Below are positions 1 through 8,771 of a stretch of 21,763 nt of DNA, in pieces; within the stretch, counting starts at the first letter, position 1, and the number at the start of each line of letters is the position of its first letter. A program made the position numbers and the translations under genes. The notes under the pieces were generated by a model, which ran no database searches, was not told the origin of the DNA, and saw nothing but the letters and a program-made list of their open reading frames with translations. The stretch covers positions 1 to 21,763 of the forward strand of contig CAJWCD010000057.1 in NCBI GenBank assembly GCA_913020725.1, in the 5' to 3' direction. The DNA is from an uncultured Pseudomonadota bacterium. Its GTDB lineage: Bacteria > SAR324 > NAC60-12.

Positions 1-40
1 CAATGATCAGCCACGCCAAGATTTCCCGCCACCGCCGCAT
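1..40 (-). CDS. Possible 5' end of a membrane/secreted protein running off the window (MRRWREILAWLII...)
   Basis: ATG at 40 on the minus strand, open to the window edge; basic then hydrophobic N-terminus; divergent from the IclR gene. Only 13 codons are visible. Confidence 0.3.
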   Translation of the reverse strand, partial: MRRWREILAWLII

Positions 41-84
41 GTTCAAGACGCTCACAAGCCCTACCCTAGTATTGAAGCATCTGC

Positions 85-867
85 ATGTCAAGTTCAAACA
101 ATCGTTCATCCAAGGAAGAAGGCGGCTCGCTGCTACGACTGCTCGAGATTCTTGAAGGGATTGCACAAGCCGACCGACCGCAGTCGGCCACCGACCTGAA
201 CGAAGTGCTACGGTACCCCAAGGCCACGATTCACCGCCTCTGCGGGGTGCTGGAGCGCGAGGGCTTTTTGGAGCGGCAACTCGACGGCAAGCGGCTGGTG
301 CCCGGCCCCAGACTGGCCACCTTCGTGCAGGGGGTGCTGAGTCACGAGCGCTTTCGCATTCCCCGCCACGCAATTCTGAAACGGTTGTCTGAAGAGATTG
401 GGGAGACTTGCAACATTGCCTTGCCGCGGGGCAGCGAGATGATCTATTTCGACCGTGTGCAAACCCATTGGCCCTTGCAGATGCAACTTCCGGTGGGTTC
501 GGAGGTGCCACTCTACTGCACTTCGGCGGGCAAGATTTATCTGAGTTCGCTTTCCAAAAAACGGCGGACGCTGGTGGTGCAACGCCTCACACTAGAACCG
601 CGCACCCCGCAAACCATCACGGATTCTGCCGTCCTAGAACAGGAACTGGAGATCATCAGCAAGCAAGGCTACAGCACTGACAAGGAGGAATTCATTGAGG
701 GCATGGTCTGTGTGGGGGTGCCCATCAGCGATGAGCGCAACCGACTCTTTGCCACGCTCTCCTTCCATGCCCCCACCTCTCGAATGTCTTTATCAGAAGC
801 AACCACGTTTGTGCCCACCCTGCAAGATGCGGCAGAGCAACTGGCCCAACTGCCCGCGCTGGATTGA
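85..867 (+). CDS. IclR-family transcriptional regulator
   Basis: N-terminal HTH (LRYPKATIHRLCGVLEREGFL); IclR effector-domain motifs (IGETCN, VPLYCTSAGK, GYSTDKEEFIEGMVCVGVPI); 260 aa. Confidence 0.95.
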   Translation: MSSSNNRSSKEEGGSLLRLLEILEGIAQADRPQSATDLNEVLRYPKATIHRLCGVLEREGFLERQLDGKRLVPGPRLATFVQGVLSHERFRIPRHAILKRLSEEIGETCNIALPRGSEMIYFDRVQTHWPLQMQLPVGSEVPLYCTSAGKIYLSSLSKKRRTLVVQRLTLEPRTPQTITDSAVLEQELEIISKQGYSTDKEEFIEGMVCVGVPISDERNRLFATLSFHAPTSRMSLSEATTFVPTLQDAAEQLAQLPALD

Positions 868-875
868 ATCCCGAA

Positions 876-1799
876 TCAATTTTGCTCGGATGCCTGCGCG
901 AGCGCAATCGCGGAGACAAGAAAAATATCCTCACTGCGGCATCCCCGTGAGAGGTCGTGAATGGGCCGCTGGAGTCCTTGCAGCAACGGCCCCCACGCAA
1001 AATAGCCGCCCAATCTTTCGGTGATCTTGTAGGCGATGTTTCCGGCGTTGAGGTCCGGAAAGACCAGCACGTTCGCTTGTCCACCTAGCACGCTGTTTTC
1101 GAGCTTCCGTTCCGCAATTTCTGGAATGATTGCCGCATCAAACTGCAACTCGCCCTCGTGCAGCAGGGCACTATGGCTCTCCCCGAAAATCTGCACGGCT
1201 TCGGTCACTTTGTCCACGAGCGGATGCCTGGCGCTGCCCTTGGTTGAGAAGGAGAGAAAAGCGACCTTTGGGATTTCTCCAGTGAGCTGCTGGTGCGTGT
1301 TCGCGGCTTCCGCGCCAATTGTCGCCAACTGCTCCGGAGTCGGATCGGGGATCACTGCGCAATCGGCGTAGGACAGGGCGTGGGAACCGTCCGGAGCGAT
1401 CATCAAAAAGCTGCTCGACACCCACTTGGCTTCCGGTTTCACCCCCACCAGCCGAATCGCGGCACGGATCACATCTCCCGTCGTGTTGGTTGCGCCCGCG
1501 ACCATGCAATCCGCCTCGCCAAGTGCCACCATCAGTGCGGCAGTGTGCAGCGGAACTTTCAGGAATGCCTCCACCTGCGCGATCGTCCAGTCCTTGGCAA
1601 ACTTCTGCACCGCTACCCGCTCCTGACACTCCGGACGCTGGGCCAGTTCGGGGTTGACCTCCGCCACCGTGATTCCGGACTGCCGGAGTTTGGCGGCGGC
1701 TGCACTCATGCGGGGATCGGCTTCAGGCAGCGCCAGCACTTTCCCGGAGTGCCGGGCGCGATCGAGGATGCGCTCAAGGTAGGGATTGGTTGTGGGCAT
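876..1799 (-). CDS. pta: Phosphate acetyltransferase (short, PTA_PTB domain only)
   Basis: Motifs ADCAVIPDPTPEQLA, VAFLSFSTKGSA, GELQFDAA, FPDLNAGNIAYK, DLSRGC. The ATG at 1799 (MPTTNPY) is preferred over the ORF-track start at 1850. Confidence 0.92.
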   Translation of the reverse strand: MPTTNPYLERILDRARHSGKVLALPEADPRMSAAAAKLRQSGITVAEVNPELAQRPECQERVAVQKFAKDWTIAQVEAFLKVPLHTAALMVALGEADCMVAGATNTTGDVIRAAIRLVGVKPEAKWVSSSFLMIAPDGSHALSYADCAVIPDPTPEQLATIGAEAANTHQQLTGEIPKVAFLSFSTKGSARHPLVDKVTEAVQIFGESHSALLHEGELQFDAAIIPEIAERKLENSVLGGQANVLVFPDLNAGNIAYKITERLGGYFAWGPLLQGLQRPIHDLSRGCRSEDIFLVSAIALAQASEQN

Positions 1800-1910
1800 G
1801 GTTTTTTGAGAATCCAAGGTCCAGTAAATCACGAGACGGCTCCGCAACAACCTACCACATTACCCAAGAATGGTACTAGGGTTACAGAAATTGATCCAAA
1901 CTTTCGAATC

Positions 1911-1957
1911 TTGCGGTTACGCTAGAATGTGCTAACCTTTCACGAATTGCATCAATT
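1911..1957 (+). promoter_or_regulatory. Candidate sigma70 promoter and small operator palindrome for the TA locus
   Basis: TTGCGG (1911-1916), 16 bp, TGc-TAACCT (extended -10, 1930-1938); AATTG-cat-CAATT palindrome at 1945-1957; AAAGGA RBS-like sequence before the ATG at 1994. Confidence 0.35.
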
Positions 1958-1993
1958 TGATTCGCGGGTTCAATTCACCACAAAAAGGATGCC

Positions 1994-2219
1994 ATGAGTC
2001 CAATGTCGGTGCACGTCGGAGAGCAGTTCTATAACGATGCTAGAGTCATTTCAGAGGTACAAACGCGCTCCATCGACCAGCAAATCGAACATTGGGGGAA
2101 GATCGGGAAGATCGCCGAGGGCAACCCTGACCTTTCCTATGCGACCATCAAAAGCATCTTGATCGGGATGCAGCAATCCAAAGTGGGTGGATTATACCTT
2201 TGGCGGAGGCGGTCAATGA
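1994..2219 (+). pseudogene. ParD-like antitoxin with a C-terminal frameshift
   Basis: RSIDQQIEHWGKIGKIAEGNPDLSYATIKSIL is the ParD-like antitoxin signature. The family-typical end (DYTFGGGGQ-stop) lies in a shifted frame at 2190-2219, and its TGA overlaps the next ATG (ATGA, 2216-2219). Confidence 0.8.
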
Positions 2220-2467
2220 GGGTTCCGGAGAACCTCCCTGTTCCACACTCAAAAAAGAAGACTTCGCCGCTCTCAGGTTCGTGAATTGGACCAGGAAATT
2301 CAGTGAATTCTGGAAAATCCGGAACTCGGAAAGCCGGGTGAAGAAGAACTGGAAGCGTCTACTACCATCGCTACAACGGAAAATATGGTCGCATGTTGCT
2401 GGCGTATCAACCTTTGGCAGACAAACTCCGGTTGCTGGTGATCGTGCAAATCTCCTTGAAAATTTAG
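2216..2467 (+). pseudogene. ParE/RelE-like toxin pseudogene
   Basis: Reconstructed across frames: MRVPE/TSLFHTQKRRLRRSQVRELDQEIQ*ILENPELGKPGEEELE/VYYHRYNGKYGRMLLAYQPLADKLRLLVIVQISLKI*. Frameshifts near 2231 and 2355; internal TGA at 2304-2306. Confidence 0.75.
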
Positions 2468-2546
2468 AGGCGGGGCACTCGCGTACTTCTTAAAACCCAC
2501 AACTCCACGGAGCCTACAGGACTGGCACCATCCCCTGAAACGAACC

Positions 2547-3326
2547 ATGACTTCCGATGACCCGAAAATCGGCATTGCAGGCGGGGCCGGCCCCTATGCC
2601 GGGCTCGACCTTGCGCAAATGCTGTTGGAGGAAACCATTGCAGAGCAGGAGCAGGATCACCTGTCGACCGTGCTGCTTTCGACCCCGGAGCAGATCGAGG
2701 ACCGCACCCGCTTTTTGCTAGGCGAAGCGACTGTCAATCCCGCCCATGTGCTTTTCCGGAACGTGAGGGATTTGGAGTCGTTGGGAGCCTCTGTTGTCGG
2801 GCTTCCCTGCAACACGGCTCATGCTGCGAAGATTTGGTCGGTGCTGACCCGCAAGCTGGAGCAGTCCGGCTGCCGCGTCCGCCTGCTCGACATGATCGCG
2901 GAAACAGCAGATTTTCTGCGGGTGGAATGTCCAGAGGTGCAAACCGTGGGGGTGCTTTCCACGATTGGAACGTGGCGGGCTGCATTCTACCCGACCTTGC
3001 TGGAAGCGCAGGGCTACCGTGTGATGGTGCTGGAGGAAACCCAACAACGCGAGCTTCACGAAGAGGCGCTTTATCACCCCAAACACGGCATCAAGGCACA
3101 GGCCCATCCGGTCACGACTCAGGCCCGTCGTGTGCTGCTCGATGGAGTGCGCACCCTCGAATCGCAAGGCGCAGAAGCCGTGATCCTTGGCTGCACCGAA
3201 ATTCCCCTCGGCCTTCCGGAACGTCGGCTCGGAGCAACCTACCTCGTCAACCCCGGACGCATCCTCGCCCGTGCCCTCATCCGCGAATTCCAGCTTGAGC
3301 GGCTACGACCTTGGAGTTGGGAGTGA
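2547..3326 (+). CDS. Aspartate/glutamate racemase family protein (PLP-independent, two catalytic Cys)
   Basis: IGIAGGAGP, IEDRT, LPCNTAH and ILGCTEIP motifs; 259 aa. Confidence 0.92.
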   Translation: MTSDDPKIGIAGGAGPYAGLDLAQMLLEETIAEQEQDHLSTVLLSTPEQIEDRTRFLLGEATVNPAHVLFRNVRDLESLGASVVGLPCNTAHAAKIWSVLTRKLEQSGCRVRLLDMIAETADFLRVECPEVQTVGVLSTIGTWRAAFYPTLLEAQGYRVMVLEETQQRELHEEALYHPKHGIKAQAHPVTTQARRVLLDGVRTLESQGAEAVILGCTEIPLGLPERRLGATYLVNPGRILARALIREFQLERLRPWSWE

Positions 3327-3412
3327 CGATTACCGGATCCCCCCTGCCCTCGCCATTATATCAAAAATTCATGATGCTGAGTGCTTCGGATTGAGCAGAG
3401 CAGAAAAAAATT

Positions 3413-4618
3413 ATGCCCAAAACTCATCAAGTGATCATCGCTGGAGCCGGACCCGTCGGGCTGGTGGCCGCATTGGCACTGGTGCAGCGTGAGGTGTCCG
3501 TGCTTGTGCTGGAGGCCGAGCCCGGCTTGACCCGCGACCTGCGGGCTGGTTCGTTTCATCCGCCCACTGTGGAAATGTTGGACACGCTTGGTGTGGGAAC
3601 TCCTATGCACAAAGCGGGGTTGAAGGTGCCCGTCTGGCAATTCCGGGATCGACTGGAGGGCGTGGTTGCCGAATTCGACCTCGGATTGCTGCGGGAGGAA
3701 ACCCATTTTCCGTACCGTCTGCACCTTGAACAACACCGACTGACTCCGATGCTGCTGGAACGCCTCCAGACTTATCCGGAGGCGGAGGTGCAATTTTCTG
3801 CAGCCGTGTCCAAATTTACACAAGACTCCAATGGAGTCACCGTCACGGTCGAAACCGCAGGAGACCGACAGGAAATCCGAGGCGAATGGTTGCTTGGCGC
3901 AGATGGCGGACGCAGCTCGGTGCGTCGAGAAACCGGCATCGAGTTCGAGGGCTACACATGGCCGGAACGTTTTCTTGTTGCCAGCACCACGCGGGAGTTG
4001 GGCGACCACGGTTTTGCGCACACCGCCTACATTGCCGATCCCGACCGCTGGGCAGCGGTCTTCAAGGTTCCTGACGAAGGCCCGCCCGGCCTTTGGCGCA
4101 TTGCTTACCCCACCGATCCAGAAATCCCGGAAGCAGAAGTGCTGGCTTCCGATGAAATCCAGCGGCGCTTAGAGGAACTGTTTTCGTTTGGGGGGACATT
4201 TCCGCTCAAGTACCGCAGCACCTACCGTGTTCACCAGCGCGTCGCCAAGCAATTCCGAAGCGGGCGTGTGCTGCTGGCAGGTGACGCCGCCCACGTCAAC
4301 AATCCGCTCGGGGGTTTCGGACTCAACGGCGGCATCCACGATGCGGTCAACCTTGCGGAAAAACTGGCAGAGGTGATCCACCTGCGGGCAGATTCGGAAT
4401 GGATGGATCGCTACGAGGTACAGCGGCGCACCGTCAATGTTGAGTACGTTCAAGCCCAGAGCATCCGCAATAAGCGCATGATCGAAGCTCGCGATCCTGC
4501 CGTTCGGAAAAAGAATCTTGCAGAAATGCAACAAATCGCCGCAGACCCGCAACGCGCCAAGGCGCATTTGCTCAATACTTCTATGATCAACTCCGTCCGG
4601 CGAGCAGCGGCATTGTGA
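3413..4618 (+). CDS. FAD-dependent aromatic monooxygenase (group A, MhpA/PheA-like)
   Basis: GAGPVG Rossmann motif, LLGADGGRSSVR (DG motif), RVLLAGDAAHVNNPLGGFGLNGGIHDA (GD motif). Confidence 0.9.
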   Translation: MPKTHQVIIAGAGPVGLVAALALVQREVSVLVLEAEPGLTRDLRAGSFHPPTVEMLDTLGVGTPMHKAGLKVPVWQFRDRLEGVVAEFDLGLLREETHFPYRLHLEQHRLTPMLLERLQTYPEAEVQFSAAVSKFTQDSNGVTVTVETAGDRQEIRGEWLLGADGGRSSVRRETGIEFEGYTWPERFLVASTTRELGDHGFAHTAYIADPDRWAAVFKVPDEGPPGLWRIAYPTDPEIPEAEVLASDEIQRRLEELFSFGGTFPLKYRSTYRVHQRVAKQFRSGRVLLAGDAAHVNNPLGGFGLNGGIHDAVNLAEKLAEVIHLRADSEWMDRYEVQRRTVNVEYVQAQSIRNKRMIEARDPAVRKKNLAEMQQIAADPQRAKAHLLNTSMINSVRRAAAL

Positions 4619-4624
4619 TGAGGG

Positions 4625-5680
4625 TTAGTCGTGGCGTTGCTCCCGCCACAGTCCGAGTTTCTTCTGGCTCACCTGATCGGAAAAAGAAAACAGCACCACC
4701 TCTCCCTCTGTTTCGTGGGCATACGGATACCAGCCAGGAATGACAAAATGATCCCTCGGTCCCCACTCAATCTCGGTTTGATTTTCTCCCTCACCGACCA
4801 CGGTGCGTCCGGTTCCCTCGACCACCGAGAAGATCTGATGTTCAGTGGTTTGGTAACGTTGACTCTGGAAGTTCTGGGGCAGTCCGTGCAGGAACGCCGA
4901 AATCGTCGGCATTACCGAACCCCCGTCCATCGGGTTGCGGTATTCCAACTTGTAGCCGTGCCACAGATTGGGTTTCCGCGAGGCACACAATTGCTCCAAG
5001 GCGGGGCGCGTTTGAGAATAAGGGTATGAGAACAACGGAGATGCAGGATCGGTCGGTTCATCATCAACGGCCCGCAGATTAGCCCCATAGCGGGCATTGC
5101 ACGTTTCGGGAGGGCGAGTGGCGGGGTAGCGCTCTTCAGGGTAATTTTCTCCAAAGGTGGCTCCGAAAAAATGCGCCTGCGGGATGTCAAGTCCGTCGAG
5201 CCAGACCATCGCCCCTACGCCCTCATGTCCGTGATCGTGCCATGACCACGACGGGGTGAGGATAAAATCACCTACGCTCATGTAGGCGCGTTCGCCATCC
5301 ACCGCCGTGTACGCCCCTTCTCCCTCGAGGATAAACCGCAAGGCCGCCGGAGTGTGCCGATGCGCCGGTGCGACCTCGCCCGGCAGGATGAGTTGCAGTC
5401 CGGCGTAAAGCGTGTCCGCGGTACGGGCCTCGCCTCGCAGCACCGGGTTCTCCAAAATCAACACTCGGCGTTCCGCTTCCTTGGCACTGATGAGGGTTCC
5501 GGATTCCATCAAAAATGGCCGCACCTGCTCGTATTGCCAGAGGTGGGGCACCGCTCGCGTGATTGGTTTAGGAGCCACCAAGCGGTGAATCACCTCCCAA
5601 AGCGGGGCGAGTTCTTGTTTGTCGATGCGGCTGTAAAACTCCGCTAGTTCTGGGTTCGGTGAATTTTCAGGTGTGTCCAT
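4625..5680 (-). CDS. gtdA: Gentisate 1,2-dioxygenase (bicupin)
   Basis: APLWE, AERRVLILENP, LYAGLQLILPGEVAPAHRH, PSWSWHDH, WLDGLDIP, FSFSD; 351 aa. Confidence 0.93.
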   Translation of the reverse strand: MDTPENSPNPELAEFYSRIDKQELAPLWEVIHRLVAPKPITRAVPHLWQYEQVRPFLMESGTLISAKEAERRVLILENPVLRGEARTADTLYAGLQLILPGEVAPAHRHTPAALRFILEGEGAYTAVDGERAYMSVGDFILTPSWSWHDHGHEGVGAMVWLDGLDIPQAHFFGATFGENYPEERYPATRPPETCNARYGANLRAVDDEPTDPASPLFSYPYSQTRPALEQLCASRKPNLWHGYKLEYRNPMDGGSVMPTISAFLHGLPQNFQSQRYQTTEHQIFSVVEGTGRTVVGEGENQTEIEWGPRDHFVIPGWYPYAHETEGEVVLFSFSDQVSQKKLGLWREQRHD

Positions 5681-5783
5681 GTTTTGCTCACTATTCAGGT
5701 GGAGAGGCTGTAGGAAAGAATCATTTACAATGTGCAGATGCGAACCACCTTCAGCCTAAGCCTAAACAACTTCAATAGCTACC

Positions 5784-6890
5784 TCACAGCGCGTTTTCCA
5801 ATAACACCAACAAGTCTGCGGCATTGGCAGGTCGGGGGTTGGTTTGGCAGAGGTGATCCTTGGCGGCAACAGCAGCAATTTCTGGCAACGAGTCACGGAT
5901 TACTCCAAGCTCGGAAAGTCGGATCGGCAGTCCCAATTTCAGGATCAAGGCTTGCGACCACTCCGCTAAATTCATATGTGCAGGCAATTGCAACACTTGC
6001 CGTAGCCGTGTGTATTTTTCTTTGGCATGGCTGGCGTTGAAGCGCAACACATGCGGTAGCAGGACCGCATTGAGTGAGCCGTGATGCAAGCCCAGTGCAC
6101 CAAGGGGATGCGAAAGTGCGTGAATCGCACCCAACCCTTTCTGGAAGGTCATGCCGCCCTCAAGCGAGGCCATCAGCATTTGCCAGCGTGCTTCGCGGTT
6201 TTGTCCATCAGCAACAACCGGCTCCAGCCAAGATTCGGATCGCACCACGCAGTCGAGTGCAATCGCTTCGGCAGGTGGATTGTTGCGGGTTGAGAGAAAC
6301 GATTCAATGCCGTGGGTGAGGGCATCCACTCCGGTCGCGGCGGTCATTTCCGGAGGCAGTGTCAGCGTTAACTCAGGATCGCAAAGTGCACAATCTGGGA
6401 TCAACTTTAGGCTAACACAGGCGCTCTTGCTTCCGTCGTTCAGAGTGATCGAACAGGCCCGTCCGACTTCGGATCCAGTTCCAGCCGTGGTGGGAATGGC
6501 AATCATTGGAGCGACAGTTCTAATGCGTTCGCTACCCCCGCCAAGAATTCCGTAGTCGGACAAGACACCCGGGTGCGTAGCTAGGAGCGCTACTGCTTTT
6601 GCCAAGTCAATTACTGAACCTCCACCCAGTGCCACCAGTCCATCGCATCCTTCCTGACGATACACCTCCAGCGCATCCAGCACCGCCGCTTCCGTGGGAT
6701 TTCCGGGGGTGTCGGTAAAGACCGGGATTCCCGGATACAACGACAAGGCTCGCTCAACAAGTCCGGCAGCTTGCACTCCGGGGTCAGACACAAGCAGCGG
6801 ACGCTTCAGGTTGAGCAACGCCAGTTCGTTGGACAACAGTTCCAATGCCCCGAAGTCAAATTGAATGCGGGTGAGGTAGTGAATCAACAC
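5784..6890 (-). CDS. Iron-containing alcohol dehydrogenase family protein (resembles 4-hydroxybutyrate dehydrogenase-like members)
   Basis: GGGSVIDLAKA, IPTTAGTGSEV, DALTHGIES, GAIHALSH, HHGSLNAV; GTG start 6 nt after the dctM stop. Confidence 0.92.
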   Translation of the reverse strand: MLIHYLTRIQFDFGALELLSNELALLNLKRPLLVSDPGVQAAGLVERALSLYPGIPVFTDTPGNPTEAAVLDALEVYRQEGCDGLVALGGGSVIDLAKAVALLATHPGVLSDYGILGGGSERIRTVAPMIAIPTTAGTGSEVGRACSITLNDGSKSACVSLKLIPDCALCDPELTLTLPPEMTAATGVDALTHGIESFLSTRNNPPAEAIALDCVVRSESWLEPVVADGQNREARWQMLMASLEGGMTFQKGLGAIHALSHPLGALGLHHGSLNAVLLPHVLRFNASHAKEKYTRLRQVLQLPAHMNLAEWSQALILKLGLPIRLSELGVIRDSLPEIAAVAAKDHLCQTNPRPANAADLLVLLENAL

Positions 6891-6896
6891 CGAAGA

Positions 6897-8201
6897 TCAG
6901 CCGTACATCCTGTTTGGCAGAAACATTGCGATGTCGGGGAACAACACGAGAATCAACAACGCAAACCCCATGGCAATCCAGAACGGAAAAATTCCTTTGA
7001 AGATGTCATTCAGTGGAACGCTCGGTGCGATACTCTTGACGACAAAGACATTGACACCGACTGGTGGGCTGATCAGGCCCATTTCCAGCACGATCACCAT
7101 CAACACACCAAACCAAACCATATTGAAATCAAGCTGTTCCAACACCGGCTGGACCAGTGGCAGTGCCAGCACTAGGATCGCAAACCCTTCTAGAAAAGTG
7201 CCCAGCAGCACGAAAAACACCAGAATGATCGTGAGGGTGACAAAGCGATTCGGGCTGATCTGCATCAGCAGGTCAAGCAAGGCATCAGGGATACCGGAGA
7301 GTGCAACGAACGGTGTGAACACAAAAGCACCGATCAGGATCAGGAATGTTGTCGCAGTCGAACGCAATGTTTCCATCAACACGCCTGAGAGGCTCTGCCA
7401 TGTGATTGTACGACGTAAAAGAGCGACTATGAAGGACAGGATTGCACCGATCCCCGCAGCTTCGGTTGCCGAGAAGACACCGCCATATATTCCGCCGATG
7501 GTGATGAAGATGATGCCGATGATCCACGATGCCCGCCCTAATGCGAGAATCCGGTCTCGCATCGGCATGCTGGTTCCGGCCGCTGGCCCCAACTCAGGTT
7601 TCACGCTTGTCACAATGACAATGACCAGAACGAACAACCCTGCCAGCATGATTCCCGGCAGCACGCCGGCCATGAACAACCGACCAATCGATTCCTCCGT
7701 CAACAGGGAATAGATCACGAAACCCGCCGAGGGCGGAATGAGGATGCCGAGCGTTCCTCCTGCCGCAATGGCTCCAGTCGCCAGCTTGTCGTCATATTTG
7801 TAGCGCTGCATCTCGGGCAAGGCGACGCGGCCCATCGTCACCGCCGATGCCAGCGACGAGCCTGACAGCGCTGAGAAGCCGGCACAACCGATGATCGTTG
7901 ATGAAGCCAACCCGCCTCGCCAATGACCAAACCAAGTATACGCGGCATCATAAAGATCGCGACTCATTCCAGAGATACCTGCCAAGTTTCCCATCAGAAT
8001 GAACAACGGCAGGATTGTCAACGACAGCATGTGCGGAATGTGAAATGTCTCGCCTGCCAAAGTGGGCAGGGCGCCGCGCTCGTTCAGCACAAGGTGTCCA
8101 ACGAAGCCAACCAGCATCATTGCTGTCGCTACTGGCATACGCAGTGCCAGCAAGACGAAAAGTGCAACGAAGCCTATGACCCCGATGTCGATATCGGACA
8201 T
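6897..8201 (-). CDS. dctM: TRAP transporter large permease
   Basis: Polytopic 434 aa; LPLFILMG, SGSSLASA, AAGGTLGILIPPS, ATEAAG, GLISPPVGVNVFV. Confidence 0.95.
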   Translation of the reverse strand: MSDIDIGVIGFVALFVLLALRMPVATAMMLVGFVGHLVLNERGALPTLAGETFHIPHMLSLTILPLFILMGNLAGISGMSRDLYDAAYTWFGHWRGGLASSTIIGCAGFSALSGSSLASAVTMGRVALPEMQRYKYDDKLATGAIAAGGTLGILIPPSAGFVIYSLLTEESIGRLFMAGVLPGIMLAGLFVLVIVIVTSVKPELGPAAGTSMPMRDRILALGRASWIIGIIFITIGGIYGGVFSATEAAGIGAILSFIVALLRRTITWQSLSGVLMETLRSTATTFLILIGAFVFTPFVALSGIPDALLDLLMQISPNRFVTLTIILVFFVLLGTFLEGFAILVLALPLVQPVLEQLDFNMVWFGVLMVIVLEMGLISPPVGVNVFVVKSIAPSVPLNDIFKGIFPFWIAMGFALLILVLFPDIAMFLPNRMYG

Positions 8202-8203
8202 TG

Positions 8204-8737
8204 CTAATTGTTCTTTTCGTTTGGATCAATGGGATCGCGGAAATGCCTCAGTCCGTCTACAAACTCTGCGATGAGTACAAGCCCGTAGGCTCCCAGCCCA
8301 AAGGCCAAGATGATGTAGAACGGCTTAAACGGAATCGCCAAATTGGGCGTGAAGTGGCCACAGCGCAGACCGCAATTTCCTTGCACAAGCAACGCATAGA
8401 CGGTGACTGCAGTGATGCCAATCCCGAGCAGGCGCACAAGGACATCGGTCCATCGGGTGACCCTGCGCCCGCCGACTAGGTTCAAGACATCAACTGCGAC
8501 ATGCGCACCTTCCCGACCTCCATACGCGAACGAACAGGCGACGGTCGTCAGCAGCACCATCTCTGAGATGTCGTAGATGCCAAAAATGGGATCGTTGATG
8601 ATATAGCGGAACACCACTGCAACTCCGGTAATGCCCACAAGGCTCGCCATTGTGAACGATCCTATGTAAGCGACCCACTTGACCATGCGGTCAACATAAT
8701 AAACTGCATGGTCAGAAGTGTTTGGAGATCGTTTCAC
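8204..8737 (-). CDS. dctQ: TRAP transporter small permease
   Basis: Four TM helices with VVFRY and HVAVD motifs, between dctP and dctM. The GTG at 8737 is chosen because the ORF-track start at 8800 overlaps dctP; start uncertain. Confidence 0.88.
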   Translation of the reverse strand: MKRSPNTSDHAVYYVDRMVKWVAYIGSFTMASLVGITGVAVVFRYIINDPIFGIYDISEMVLLTTVACSFAYGGREGAHVAVDVLNLVGGRRVTRWTDVLVRLLGIGITAVTVYALLVQGNCGLRCGHFTPNLAIPFKPFYIILAFGLGAYGLVLIAEFVDGLRHFRDPIDPNEKNN

Positions 8738-8771
8738 GAAAACTCTTACAAAGGCTGGGTAATGAATTGGG

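Noticed and set aside
2200..2575. ORFs 2200-2493 (+) and 2300-2575 (-) as real genes
   Set aside because: They are off-frame or antisense readings of the toxin pseudogene.
5697..5757. Interleaved 6-bp inverted repeats (AGGTGG/CCACCT, AGGCTG/CAGCCT) upstream of gtdA, pseudoknot-like
   Set aside because: The stems are too short and far apart to distinguish from chance.
5784..6890. Calling the Fe-ADH a maleylacetate reductase
   Set aside because: Context makes it tempting, but the IPTTAGTGSEVGR motif and N-terminus look like generic or 4-hydroxybutyrate-type Fe-ADH, not the PTTYAGSE type I associate with maleylacetate reductases.
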